Program-made: the position numbers and the translations under genes
In this document: one piece after another, positions 32,510 through 41,804 of the stretch
Numbering within the stretch: position 1 is the stretch's first letter
How the letters are laid out: every line of letters begins with the position of its first letter
The notes under the pieces: generated by a model
Told to the model about the DNA's origin: nothing
Database searches by the model: none
Seen by the model: the letters and a program-made list of their open reading frames with translations, nothing else
Assembly: GCF_031581025.1 (NCBI RefSeq)
Contig: NZ_JAVLCA010000009.1
Strand: one strand, 5' to 3'
DNA: 64,000 nt
Source: Salibaculum sp.
GTDB lineage: Bacteria; Pseudomonadota; Alphaproteobacteria; Rhodobacterales; Rhodobacteraceae

Positions 32510-32770
32510 GGGGCCTCCTGTCCTGCTAGCGGCGGGGCCTGACAAAGCCCCAATTGCTAGCTGCCTGCTCTAGGGACAGCGGGTCGAAGCCATATCCCTC
32601 ACAAGATATGGTGGGCCTTGACGGGCCGATCTGTAAAGCACTTTCTTGGGGATAAAAGGACAGACGCCTCAAAAAGGGTCTTGGAGGCGGAAGGCGTGAC
32701 GCAGGTCAAGGCCCGCGCCGACATACTGCACGCTATTCGGGTGGCGCTTCGCCCCCGGCCCGAACCGGGA

Positions 32771-33016
32771 CTACCCGGAGCCGCCCTCAAGCGCCGCGAT
32801 CCGGGCCTTGAGCGCCTCGTTCTCCTCGCGGGCCTTCTGGGCCATGGTGCGCACGGCCTCGAATTCCTCGCGTGTGACCAGGTCGCGGTCAGCCAGCCAG
32901 CGGTCGACCATGGAACTCATCGCCGTCTGCGCCTCGTCCTTGGCGCCCTGGGCCACGCCCATCGCGTTGGTCATCAGTTGCGAAAAATCGTCCAGCACCT
33001 TGTTTCGGGTCTGCAT
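32771..33016 (-). CDS. ubiK: accessory factor UbiK family (BMFP) protein
   Basis: [11 protein letters not shown]-like ([23 protein letters not shown]) coiled-coil; divergent from lgt. Confidence 0.8.
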   Translation of the reverse strand: MQTRNKVLDDFSQLMTNAMGVAQGAKDEAQTAMSSMVDRWLADRDLVTREEFEAVRTMAQKAREENEALKARIAALEGGSG

Positions 33017-33043
33017 GTCAGCCTCCGGTCACATCTGTAGGAT

Positions 33044-33072
33044 ACATAGGCGGCGCCGGGCGGCTTGGCAAC
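33044..33072 (-). promoter_or_regulatory. candidate sigma32-type promoter of ubiK
   Basis: Minus strand GTTGCC-N15-GCCTATGT. Confidence 0.35.
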
Positions 33073-33120
33073 CCTGCCCCCGGCTTGACTTCACCCGTTC
33101 CGCACCGCAAGCACAGGCTC

Positions 33121-34020
33121 ATGACCGCAGGCATTCCCTTTCCCGACATCAGCCCCGAGATCTTCACGATCCAGCTTTTCGGCGCCAGTTTCGCCCTGCG
33201 CTGGTATGCCATGGCCTATATCGTCGGCATCCTGCTGGGCTGGCGGCTGGCGGTGATGGCCGTGACCCGCCCGGGGCTTTGGGCCGGAGACAGCGCGCCC
33301 ATGACCCGCGAACAGGTCGAGGACCTGCTGACCGCGATCATCCTGGGCGTCATCATCGGCGGGCGGCTGGGCTATGTGATGTTCTACCGGCCCGGCTATT
33401 ACATCCAGAACCCGCTTGAGATCGCGATGCTCTGGCAGGGCGGCATGGCCTTTCACGGCGGCTTTCTCGGCGTCGTCGTGGCGGTCTGGCTGGTGGCACG
33501 CAAGCACGGCGTGCGGCTGGGCGATATCGCCAACCTGGTGGCGCTGGCCGCCCCGCCCGCCATATTCCTTGTCCGGATCGCCAATTTCATCAATGCCGAG
33601 CTTTGGGGCCGGCCCACCGGCCTGCCCTGGGGTGTGATCTTTCCCGGCGCGGCCGCCCAGGATTGCCCCGGTGTCGAGGGGCTTTGCGCGCGCCATCCCA
33701 GCCAGCTCTACGAGGCGGGGCTGGAGGGGCTCTTGCTGGGGCTGCTGCTGATCTGGCTTGCCTTCGTGCGGGGCTGGCTCAAGAGCCGTTGGTCGCTGGC
33801 CGGGCTGTTCTTCGCGGGCTACGGTACGGCGCGATTCCTGGTCGAATTCGTGCGCCAGCCCGACGCGCAATTCGTCGGCCCCGGCAACCCGGTGGGGCTG
33901 GCGTTTCATGTCGACGGTATCGGCCTGACCATGGGCCAGACGCTGTCACTGCCGATGATCGTGGTGGGCCTGGCGGTCATGCTCTGGGCCCTGCGGGGCG
34001 CGCCACAGGCCAAGGCATGA
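33121..34020 (+). CDS. lgt: prolipoprotein diacylglyceryl transferase
   Basis: [54 protein letters not shown]. Confidence 0.97.
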   Translation: MTAGIPFPDISPEIFTIQLFGASFALRWYAMAYIVGILLGWRLAVMAVTRPGLWAGDSAPMTREQVEDLLTAIILGVIIGGRLGYVMFYRPGYYIQNPLEIAMLWQGGMAFHGGFLGVVVAVWLVARKHGVRLGDIANLVALAAPPAIFLVRIANFINAELWGRPTGLPWGVIFPGAAAQDCPGVEGLCARHPSQLYEAGLEGLLLGLLLIWLAFVRGWLKSRWSLAGLFFAGYGTARFLVEFVRQPDAQFVGPGNPVGLAFHVDGIGLTMGQTLSLPMIVVGLAVMLWALRGAPQAKA

Positions 34021-35075
34021 CGCCACTGGGCAATCTCCTGGCGCGCCGGATCGCGGCCACCGGCCCGATGCCCCTGTCCGACTACATGGCCGAATGCCTG
34101 CTGCACCCCAAGCATGGCTATTACAGCACCCGCGATCCGCTGGGGCAGGCCGGCGATTTCATCACCGCGCCCGAGGTCAGCCAGATGTTCGGCGAGGTCA
34201 TCGGCCTCGCGCTCGCGCAGGCCTGGATGGACCAGGGCGCGCCGGCGGCCTTCGTACTGGCCGAGCTTGGCCCGGGCCGCGGCACGCTGATGGCCGATGC
34301 CCTGCGCGCCACGGCAGGCGTGCCGGGGTTCCATGCGGCCGCGCAGGTGATCCTGATCGAGGCTTCGGCCCCACTGCGCGCGCAACAGGCCGAGCGTCTG
34401 CCACAGGCCCGCCATATCGACGGGCTGGACGCGCTGCCCGCGGCGCCGCTCTTTCTGGTGGCCAACGAGTTCTTCGATGCCCTGCCGATCCGCCAGTTCC
34501 AGCGCGATCCGGGCGGTTGGCGCGAGGTCATGGTGGGACTGGAGGGCGAGGCCCTGCGCCCCGGCCTGTCCGATCCCGCCCCGCTGGCCGCGCTTGACCA
34601 TCGGCTGGAGGACACGGCCCCCGGCGACATCGTCGAGACCTGCCCGGCCCTGCCCGGAATCGTGGCGCAGATCGGCACGCGTCTCGCCCGCCATGGCGGC
34701 GCGGCGCTGATTCTCGACTACGGCGACTGGCGCGCGCTGGGCGACACCTTTCAGGCGCTCGAGGAGCACGCCCAGGCCGATCCCTTTGCCGCTCCGGGCA
34801 GGGCCGACCTGACGGCCCATGTGGATTTCGAGGCCCTGGCCCTGGCGGCAGCCCCCGCGTGCCACACGCGGCTGACCGCGCAGGGCGTCTTTCTAGAGCG
34901 GCTGGGCATCACCGACCGCGCCCGCGCCCTGGCCCGCGGATTGCACGGGGCCGCGCTGGACAGCCACGTCGCCGCGCACCGAAGGTTGACGCACCCCGAC
35001 GAGATGGGTCACCTCTTCAAGGTGATGGGACTGTTTCCCGAGGGCCACCCGGCCCCGCCCGGACTGGAGACATGA
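34017..35075 (+). CDS. SAM-dependent methyltransferase, MidA/NDUFAF7 family
   Basis: [52 protein letters not shown]. Confidence 0.92.
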   Translation: MTPLGNLLARRIAATGPMPLSDYMAECLLHPKHGYYSTRDPLGQAGDFITAPEVSQMFGEVIGLALAQAWMDQGAPAAFVLAELGPGRGTLMADALRATAGVPGFHAAAQVILIEASAPLRAQQAERLPQARHIDGLDALPAAPLFLVANEFFDALPIRQFQRDPGGWREVMVGLEGEALRPGLSDPAPLAALDHRLEDTAPGDIVETCPALPGIVAQIGTRLARHGGAALILDYGDWRALGDTFQALEEHAQADPFAAPGRADLTAHVDFEALALAAAPACHTRLTAQGVFLERLGITDRARALARGLHGAALDSHVAAHRRLTHPDEMGHLFKVMGLFPEGHPAPPGLET

Positions 35076-35827
35076 CGCTCGATATCATAACCGCCCCCGG
35101 CCTTGCGCCGCTCAGCCACGGGTTCTTTACCCGCCGGGGCGGCGCGTCGTCGGGGGTCTTCGCCGGGTTGAATTGCGGCTATGGCAGTTCCGACCAGCAT
35201 GAGGCGGTGACGATCAACCGTACCCGCGCCGCCGACGCCCTTGGCGTCGCGCCCGAGGCGCTGCTGGGCGTACACCAGGTGCATTCGGCCCAGGCGATCA
35301 CAGTGACCGAACCGGGCACGTCACCGGTCAAGGCAGACGCGCTTGTCACCGATCGGCCCGGGCTTGCGCTGTCCGTGCTGGCGGCCGATTGCCAGCCGGT
35401 GCTGTTCGCGGATCACGCAGCCGGGGTGGTCGGCGCAGCGCATGCTGGCTGGCGCGGGACACTGGACGGGGTGCTGGAGGCCACGCTCGACGCGATGGAG
35501 GCCTTGGGCGCCGACCGGGGCGCAACCCTAACCGTCATCGGCCCCTGCATCAGCCAGCGCAACTACGAGGTCGGCCCGGACTTCCTGGATGATTTCCTGG
35601 CCGACGACCCCGAGAACGCCCGATTTTTCGCCAGCGGGGCAGGCGACAGGTATCTTTTCGATCTGCCGGGGTTCGGGCTGCACCGGCTGCGCGCAGCCGG
35701 AGTATGGCAGGCCCAATGGACCCGCCACTGCACCTACGCCGACCCGGACCGGTTCTTCAGCTATCGCCGCAGCACCCATGCGAAAGCGGCCGATTACGGC
35801 CGCCTCATCAGCGCGATCCGGCTTTAA
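35072..35827 (+). CDS. pgeF: peptidoglycan editing factor / purine nucleoside phosphorylase (YfiH)
   Basis: HGFFTR.GG.S, QVHS, ADALVT, ADCQPVL, HAGWRG, GP.I....YEVG, CTY, FFSYRR. Confidence 0.93.
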   Translation: MTLDIITAPGLAPLSHGFFTRRGGASSGVFAGLNCGYGSSDQHEAVTINRTRAADALGVAPEALLGVHQVHSAQAITVTEPGTSPVKADALVTDRPGLALSVLAADCQPVLFADHAAGVVGAAHAGWRGTLDGVLEATLDAMEALGADRGATLTVIGPCISQRNYEVGPDFLDDFLADDPENARFFASGAGDRYLFDLPGFGLHRLRAAGVWQAQWTRHCTYADPDRFFSYRRSTHAKAADYGRLISAIRL

Positions 35828-35884
35828 GCGCGCGTACGCCCCGCGCAAAGGTCGCAGGGAGGCGATAACCGCGATCGACGCCGG

Positions 35885-36385
35885 TCAGGCCTCCTGCGCC
35901 AGGCGGGCCTCCAGCACTTCGAAGGGCACGCCGGGATCATCCTTGGCGCCCCGGATCACCAGAGAGGTCTTGACGCTGGCCACGTTGGGGGCGGCCGTCA
36001 GATGTTCCGTCAGAAAGGTCTGGAACGACCGCAGGTCGGGGGCCACACACTTGAGGATGAAATCGACCTCACCGTTGAGCATGTGACACTCGCGCACCAG
36101 CGGCCAGCCCGCGCATTTCTCCTCGAAGGCGGAAAGGTCTTTCTCGGCCTGGCTGACAAGCCCGACCATGGCGAAGACCTGAACCTCAAAGCCCAGTTCG
36201 CGCGCGTCCACCTCGGCATGATAGCCGCGGATGAACCCCTGTTCCTCGAGCGTGCGCACCCGGCGCAGGCAGGGCGGCGCCGAGATACCCACCCGCTTGG
36301 CCAGTTCCACATTGGTCATGCGGCCATCGGCCTGCAACTCGGCCAGGATCATGCGGTCGATCTCATCCAAACGGGTGCTGGGCAT
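35885..36385 (-). CDS. Lrp/AsnC family transcriptional regulator
   Basis: LDEIDR.IL.ELQ.DGR.TN.ELA..VGIS.PPCLRRV..LE HTH; GEVDFILK RAM domain. Confidence 0.95.
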   Translation of the reverse strand: MPSTRLDEIDRMILAELQADGRMTNVELAKRVGISAPPCLRRVRTLEEQGFIRGYHAEVDARELGFEVQVFAMVGLVSQAEKDLSAFEEKCAGWPLVRECHMLNGEVDFILKCVAPDLRSFQTFLTEHLTAAPNVASVKTSLVIRGAKDDPGVPFEVLEARLAQEA

Positions 36386-36442
36386 GTGCGGGCTGTCCTG
36401 TCGAGGGTGATTTGCGAGACTATACGCATAAAGGCCCTAAGG

Positions 36443-36478
36443 CGCAATAATCTTTCACGTAGACGCAATATCCTTTCA
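36443..36478. promoter_or_regulatory. AT-rich direct repeat pair in the lrp/trxB divergent region
   Basis: CGCAATAATCTTTCA (36443-36457) and CGCAATATCCTTTCA (36464-36478), 13/15 identical, 21-bp period. Confidence 0.5.
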
Positions 36479-36563
36479 TATGCCTCTTGCGTCGATCCGC
36501 CCCTTTCGCCCGACGTCCGGCCCGCCTATATCCGACGCCGTACCACGTGAAGGGAATATCGTC

Positions 36564-37553
36564 ATGGCAGAGCAACGCCGCACCAAGGTCCTGATCATCG
36601 GGTCTGGCCCGGCCGGTTATACCGCCGCCGTCTACGCCAGCCGCGCCATGCTTGAGCCGATCCTGGTCCAGGGGATCGAGCCGGGCGGCCAGCTGACCAC
36701 CACCACGGACGTGGAAAACTGGCCCGGCGAAACGGAAATCCAGGGCCCGGATCTGATGGTCAACATGGAGGCGCACGCCAAGGCCGTGGGCAGCGAGATC
36801 ATCGGCGACATCATCACCAGAATCGATTTCGACACCCGCCCCTTCCGCTGCCAGTCCGACAGCGGCACCGAATATATCGCCGACGCCATCATCCTGGCCA
36901 CCGGCGCCCGGGCGAAATGGCTGGGCCTGCCCTCGGAGGAGAAGTTCAAGGGCTTCGGCGTCTCGGCCTGCGCCACCTGCGACGGGTTCTTCTACCGCGG
37001 GCAGGAGATCGCGGTGATCGGCGGCGGCAACACCGCCGTTGAAGAGGCGCTGTTCCTGACCAATTTCGCCAGCAAGGTGACGCTGATCCACCGCCGCGAC
37101 GAGCTGCGCGCCGAGAAGATCCTGCAGGACCGGCTGTTCAAGCACCCCAAGGTCGAGATTTTGTGGAATCATCAGCTTGACGAGGTCTACGGCGCCGAAA
37201 GCCCGCTTGGCGTTCAGGGGATCAAGGTCAGGAACGTCAAAACCGAGGCGGTGACAGAGCTGCCCGTGACCGGCGTCTTCGTGGCCATCGGCCATGCCCC
37301 GGCCAACGAACTGGTCAAGGACGCGCTGGAGACGCACATGGGCGGCTATGTCGTCACCAAGCCCGACAGCACCGAGACAAGCATTCCCGGCATCTATGCC
37401 GCCGGCGACCTGACCGACCACAAGTATCGCCAGGCGGTGACCTCGGCCGGCATGGGCTGCATGGCCGCGCTGGAGGCCGAACGCTGGCTGGCCGAACAGG
37501 AAGACGCGGGCGAACCGGCCCCCGAGGTGGCAAACGAACCCGAAAGTGCCTGA
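36564..37553 (+). CDS. trxB: thioredoxin-disulfide reductase
   Basis: GSGPAGYTAA, GGQL..TT.VENWPG, SACATCDG, GGGNTAVEEA, AAGD, QAVTSAGMGCMAA. Confidence 0.97.
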   Translation: MAEQRRTKVLIIGSGPAGYTAAVYASRAMLEPILVQGIEPGGQLTTTTDVENWPGETEIQGPDLMVNMEAHAKAVGSEIIGDIITRIDFDTRPFRCQSDSGTEYIADAIILATGARAKWLGLPSEEKFKGFGVSACATCDGFFYRGQEIAVIGGGNTAVEEALFLTNFASKVTLIHRRDELRAEKILQDRLFKHPKVEILWNHQLDEVYGAESPLGVQGIKVRNVKTEAVTELPVTGVFVAIGHAPANELVKDALETHMGGYVVTKPDSTETSIPGIYAAGDLTDHKYRQAVTSAGMGCMAALEAERWLAEQEDAGEPAPEVANEPESA

Positions 37554-37682
37554 CCCAAGGGGGCGCAAGGCGCGTCGCGGGCCATTGACGGCCCGCGACG
37601 CCTGCCGCGAACGCGACTTTTCGGCAACAGCGGGGCGGCAGGACAGCCCGAGGGTTTTTCGGCAGTGAAAAGCATGCGATGC

Positions 37683-37696
37683 GTTCATCCGTGAAC
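37683..37696. promoter_or_regulatory. inverted repeat upstream of the MarR-Sat-CysC gene (candidate operator)
   Basis: GTTCA-TCCG-TGAAC, 18 nt before GTG 37715. Confidence 0.4.
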
Positions 37697-37714
37697 AAAC
37701 CTTGAGTCGCGGCC

Positions 37715-39793
37715 GTGCCCACCCCGAAAACACCGCCAATGACAGACGAGGAAGACGCGCTCTTCCGGCTGTTGCGCCAGGTCGACCTGGCGCCCGACGC
37801 CTCGCAGCGCGCGATGGCGGAGGCCGTCGGCATGTCGCTGGGCCGGCTCAATGCACAGCTCAAGTCGGCGATCGGCGCCGGGTTCATAAAAACCAACGAT
37901 CACACCGGCGAGGACCGGCGCAAACGCGTCTCCTACGTGCTCACCCACAAGGGGGCCACGGAACAGGCGCGCCTGACCGATCGCTTTCTCGCCCGCAAAT
38001 TCGCCGAATACGACGCGCTTCACGCGGAACTCACCGGCACGATCAGCGGTCATTATCCGCCCAAAACCAGGACCACATTGATGCAAAGCAACCTCGCCCC
38101 GATCCCCGAACTCTACGTGTCTTACGACAGCGCCCAGAAGCTGAAGGCCGACGCCGCCGATCTGACCAGCTGGGATCTCAGCCCGCGCCAGATCTGCGAC
38201 CTTGACTTGCTGATGAACGGCGGGTTCAGCCCGCTCAAGGGCTTCCTGTCGCAGGCGGATTACGACAGCGTGGTCGAAGACATGCGGCTGGCCGATGGCA
38301 CGCTCTGGCCCATGCCGATCACGCTGGACGTCTCCGAGGAGTTCGCCGAGAGCCTCGACCTGGGCCAGGACATCGCCCTGCGCGACCAGGAGGGCGTGAT
38401 CCTGGGCACCATGACAGTGACCGACCGCTGGACGCCGGACAAGGCGCGCGAGGCTGAAAAGGTCTTCGGCGCCGATGACAGCGCCCACCCGGCGGTGAAC
38501 TACCTGCATAACACAGCAGGCAAGGTCTACCTGGGCGGCCCCGTCACCGGCATCCAGCAGCCGGTGCATTATGATTTCCGCGGCCGGCGCGACACGCCCA
38601 ACGAGTTGCGCGCGCTGTTCCGCAAGCTAGGTTGGCGCCGCGTCGTCGCCTTCCAGACCCGCAACCCGCTGCACCGCGCGCACCAGGAACTGACCTTCCG
38701 CGCCGCGAAAGAGGCCCAGGCCAACCTGCTGATCCATCCGGTCGTGGGCCTGACCAAGCCCGGCGACGTGGACCATTTCACGCGGGTGCGCTGCTACGAG
38801 GCCGTGCTGGACAAGTACCCGCAATCGACGACCACCATGTCGCTGCTCAACCTCGCCATGCGCATGGCCGGCCCGCGCGAGGCAGTCTGGCACGGAATCA
38901 TCCGGCGCAATCACGGCTGCACCCACATGATCGTGGGCCGCGACCATGCCGGCCCGGGCAAGAACAGCCAGGGCGAGGATTTCTACGGCCCCTATGACGC
39001 ACAAGAGCTGTTCCGCACCCACCAGGACGAGATCGGCCTCGAAATGGTGGACTTCAAGCACATGGTCTACGTGCAGGAGCGCGCCCAGTACGAGCCCGCC
39101 GACGAGATCGCCGACAAGGACGACGTGACCATCCTGAACATCTCGGGCACCGAGCTGCGCCGCCGGCTGGCCGAGGGGCTGGAAATCCCGGACTGGTTCT
39201 CCTTTCCCGAAGTCGTGCAAGAGCTGCGCCGCACCCGGCCGCCGCGGTCCCAGCAGGGGTTCACCGTCTTTTTCACCGGCCTGTCAGGCTCGGGCAAATC
39301 GACCATCGCCAATGCGCTGATGGTAAAGCTGATGGAGATGGGAGGGCGCCCGGTGACGCTGCTCGACGGGGACATCGTGCGCAAGAACCTGTCGTCCGAG
39401 CTGGGCTTTTCCAAGGAGCACCGCGACCTGAACATTCGCCGGATCGGCTATGTTGCCAGCGAGATCACCAAGAACGGCGGCATCGCCATCTGTGCACCCA
39501 TCGCGCCCTATGCGGCCACCCGCCGCGCGGTGCGTGAAGAGATCGAGGCCTACGGCGCCTTCCTGGAGATCCATGTGGCAACCTCGCTCGAGGAATGCGA
39601 ACGCCGCGACCGCAAGGGGCTCTACAAGCTGGCGCGTGAGGGCAAGATCAAGGAATTCACCGGGATCTCGGACCCCTACGACGAGCCCGAGACTCCCGAG
39701 CTGCGCGTCGAGACCGAGAATATCGACGTCGACAACTGCGCGCACCAGGTGATCCTCAAGCTGGAAAGCCTCGGGCTGATCGCGGGCAACTGA
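37715..39793 (+). CDS. sat: bifunctional sulfate adenylyltransferase / adenylylsulfate kinase with N-terminal MarR-type winged helix
   Basis: wHTH SQRAMA..VGMSLG..N (aa ~15-106); ATP sulfurylase QTRNPLHRAH, VGRDHAG; APS kinase FTGLSGSGKST, LDGD.VR, RD.KGLY, FTGISDPY. Start may be GTG 37715 or ATG 37739. Confidence 0.93.
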   Translation: MPTPKTPPMTDEEDALFRLLRQVDLAPDASQRAMAEAVGMSLGRLNAQLKSAIGAGFIKTNDHTGEDRRKRVSYVLTHKGATEQARLTDRFLARKFAEYDALHAELTGTISGHYPPKTRTTLMQSNLAPIPELYVSYDSAQKLKADAADLTSWDLSPRQICDLDLLMNGGFSPLKGFLSQADYDSVVEDMRLADGTLWPMPITLDVSEEFAESLDLGQDIALRDQEGVILGTMTVTDRWTPDKAREAEKVFGADDSAHPAVNYLHNTAGKVYLGGPVTGIQQPVHYDFRGRRDTPNELRALFRKLGWRRVVAFQTRNPLHRAHQELTFRAAKEAQANLLIHPVVGLTKPGDVDHFTRVRCYEAVLDKYPQSTTTMSLLNLAMRMAGPREAVWHGIIRRNHGCTHMIVGRDHAGPGKNSQGEDFYGPYDAQELFRTHQDEIGLEMVDFKHMVYVQERAQYEPADEIADKDDVTILNISGTELRRRLAEGLEIPDWFSFPEVVQELRRTRPPRSQQGFTVFFTGLSGSGKSTIANALMVKLMEMGGRPVTLLDGDIVRKNLSSELGFSKEHRDLNIRRIGYVASEITKNGGIAICAPIAPYAATRRAVREEIEAYGAFLEIHVATSLEECERRDRKGLYKLAREGKIKEFTGISDPYDEPETPELRVETENIDVDNCAHQVILKLESLGLIAGN

Positions 39794-39812
39794 GCGCGCG
39801 CCGGAAAGCAGG

Positions 39813-39849
39813 AAAAGGCCCCCGCGGGAAAACCGGCGGGGGCCTTTTT
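39813..39849. terminator. intrinsic, probably bidirectional terminator
   Basis: AAAAGGCCCCCGC...GCGGGGGCCTTTTT between convergent sat and the desuccinylase-family gene. Confidence 0.85.
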
Positions 39850-39972
39850 CGGCAGCGTCGTCAATCGCCCTGTCACAGGGCCAGAACGCAATGATGACCT
39901 GCAACCGGGTGCGGCCGCAATTGGCTGCGCCAGTCGCTTATGCGCACCGGCAGCACCGCGGCGCGTTTCGGC

Positions 39973-41013
39973 CTAGATTATCTCGTCCTCGTCGAACAGC
40001 GGCGAGGCCTCCAGCTGGCTCGACAGTTCCTCGACCGTGTCTGCGGCGCGTTGGTGCGGGGCCTCGGCGATATGGAACAGCGCGTCCCCCTCGTTGACCA
40101 CGGGCAGCACGGCGCGGCCCACGATGATCCCGGCGCCGGGGGCGAGAACCTCGGTTTCGACCTCGCCGAAGGGATCCGCGACGGCGGCGATCACCTCGCC
40201 CTCTTCCACCACATCCCCATCGGCACGAAAGCTGCGCAGCAGCCCACCGGCCGGGGCCCGCACCCATGTGCTGGAATAGGAAAACAGCGGCTTGCGACGG
40301 GCCTTGGCGATACCCTTTGCGGGCAGCATGTCCATGGCCCGCAGCACCCGCAGGATGCCCGCCACCCCGGCCCGGGTGGCCATCTCATCAAAGCGCAGCC
40401 CTTCGCCGGCCTCGTAAAGAAGCACGTCGATCCCCGCCCGCTTGGCCTCGGCGCGCAACGAGCCGTCGCGCAGCGAGGAGGTCAGCACGACGGGCGCGCC
40501 AAAGGCCTCGGCCATGGCGACCATGCGCTCGTTGCCGCGATTGATGCGCACCTGCGGCAGGTTGGTGCGGTGCACCGCGGCCGAGTGCAGGTCGATCCCG
40601 AGGTCACACCGTTTGACCACGGTATCCAGGAATATCTCGGCCAGTCGCGAGGCCAGCGAGCCGCGGGCGTAGCCCGGAAAGCTGCGGTTCAGGTCGCGCC
40701 GGTCCGGAAGGTAACGCGACCGGTTCTGAAAGCCGAACGAATTGACGATGGGCACGACCATGAGCGTCCCGCGCAGCTTGTCCAGCAGGGGCGATTGCAA
40801 AAGGCGGCGGCAGATTTCCACGCCCATCACCTCGTCGCCATGGACGGCGGCGCTGACAAAGACCGTAGGCCCTTTGCGGCGCCCGTGAACGGCATGGACC
40901 GAGAGGTTGACCGGTGTGTGATCCGACAGCAGGCTGACTGGAAGCTCCACCGTCTGGCGCGTCCCCGGGGCTATGACATGCCCGTTCAGCTTGAACCCCT
41001 TGCGTTTCGCCAT
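39973..41013 (-). CDS. succinylglutamate desuccinylase / aspartoacylase family (M14-like) protein
   Basis: AAVHGDE..G, RY.PDRRDLNRSFPG, IDLH, YEAGE..RFDE, C-terminal biotinyl-like barrel. Confidence 0.9.
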   Translation of the reverse strand: MAKRKGFKLNGHVIAPGTRQTVELPVSLLSDHTPVNLSVHAVHGRRKGPTVFVSAAVHGDEVMGVEICRRLLQSPLLDKLRGTLMVVPIVNSFGFQNRSRYLPDRRDLNRSFPGYARGSLASRLAEIFLDTVVKRCDLGIDLHSAAVHRTNLPQVRINRGNERMVAMAEAFGAPVVLTSSLRDGSLRAEAKRAGIDVLLYEAGEGLRFDEMATRAGVAGILRVLRAMDMLPAKGIAKARRKPLFSYSSTWVRAPAGGLLRSFRADGDVVEEGEVIAAVADPFGEVETEVLAPGAGIIVGRAVLPVVNEGDALFHIAEAPHQRAADTVEELSSQLEASPLFDEDEII

Positions 41014-41108
41014 GCCGCCCCTCTCTCCCGTGGTTCGTCCACAAAAGGCAAATCAACCGGCAAGGCAACCCCTTGCGCCCCGTCCCCCCGGCTGGAAGGC
41101 TTGCGCCC

Positions 41109-41765
41109 ATGCTGACCGTGGCGCTGACATCCGTTCCCCCGCGCTTCGCCGGGCTGGGGGCGACGCTGGACAGTCTGCTGGCCCAGCCCGAGGTGGCCCG
41201 CGTGGTCGTGACACTGCCGCGCCGCTATGCGCACTTTGCCGGGCCGGTGACGCCGCCGCCGTTGCCCGACGGGGTCACGCTGCACTGGGCCGACAGCGAT
41301 ATCGGCCCCGCCACCAAGGTGCTGCCGCTGGCCGCGACGCTGGCACCGGATGTTCCGATCCTGATCTGCGACGACGACTGGGCCTACGGGCCGGGGTGGG
41401 CGGCAGGGTTCGCGGCGGCCCATGCCGCCGATCCCGCCGCCGCGCTGGCCGCACAACCCTTCGAGGCGCGCCGGATCGGACGGCCTTCGGGGACCATCGT
41501 GCAGGGCTTCGCGGGGGTGCTGGTCAGGCCCGCCATGCTGGCGCCCCTGACGCCACCGCCTGAACGGTTCCGTACCGTCGACGATGTCTGGCTCTCGGCC
41601 ATGCTTGCCGCAAATGACGTGCCAGTGCGTGCCCTTCCCGCCCTGCGCGTCCTGGCCCGCCCCACGGGAAACGAAGCCGCACCGCTGCAGGCGCGCGGGG
41701 ATCGCGCCGCCCTCAACCGGGCCTGCGCGGCACATTGTGCCAATTTTTTCGCGATCTGGGGCTAG
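41109..41765 (+). CDS. GT-A fold glycosyltransferase-like protein
   Basis: LTSVPPR...L.SLL.Q, D.GPATK.LP, ICDDD (DxD), DDVWLS. Confidence 0.7.
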   Translation: MLTVALTSVPPRFAGLGATLDSLLAQPEVARVVVTLPRRYAHFAGPVTPPPLPDGVTLHWADSDIGPATKVLPLAATLAPDVPILICDDDWAYGPGWAAGFAAAHAADPAAALAAQPFEARRIGRPSGTIVQGFAGVLVRPAMLAPLTPPPERFRTVDDVWLSAMLAANDVPVRALPALRVLARPTGNEAAPLQARGDRAALNRACAAHCANFFAIWG

Positions 41766-41804
41766 GATCGGATTTCCACCGATCCGACCCCCGGCTGCGG
41801 TGCC

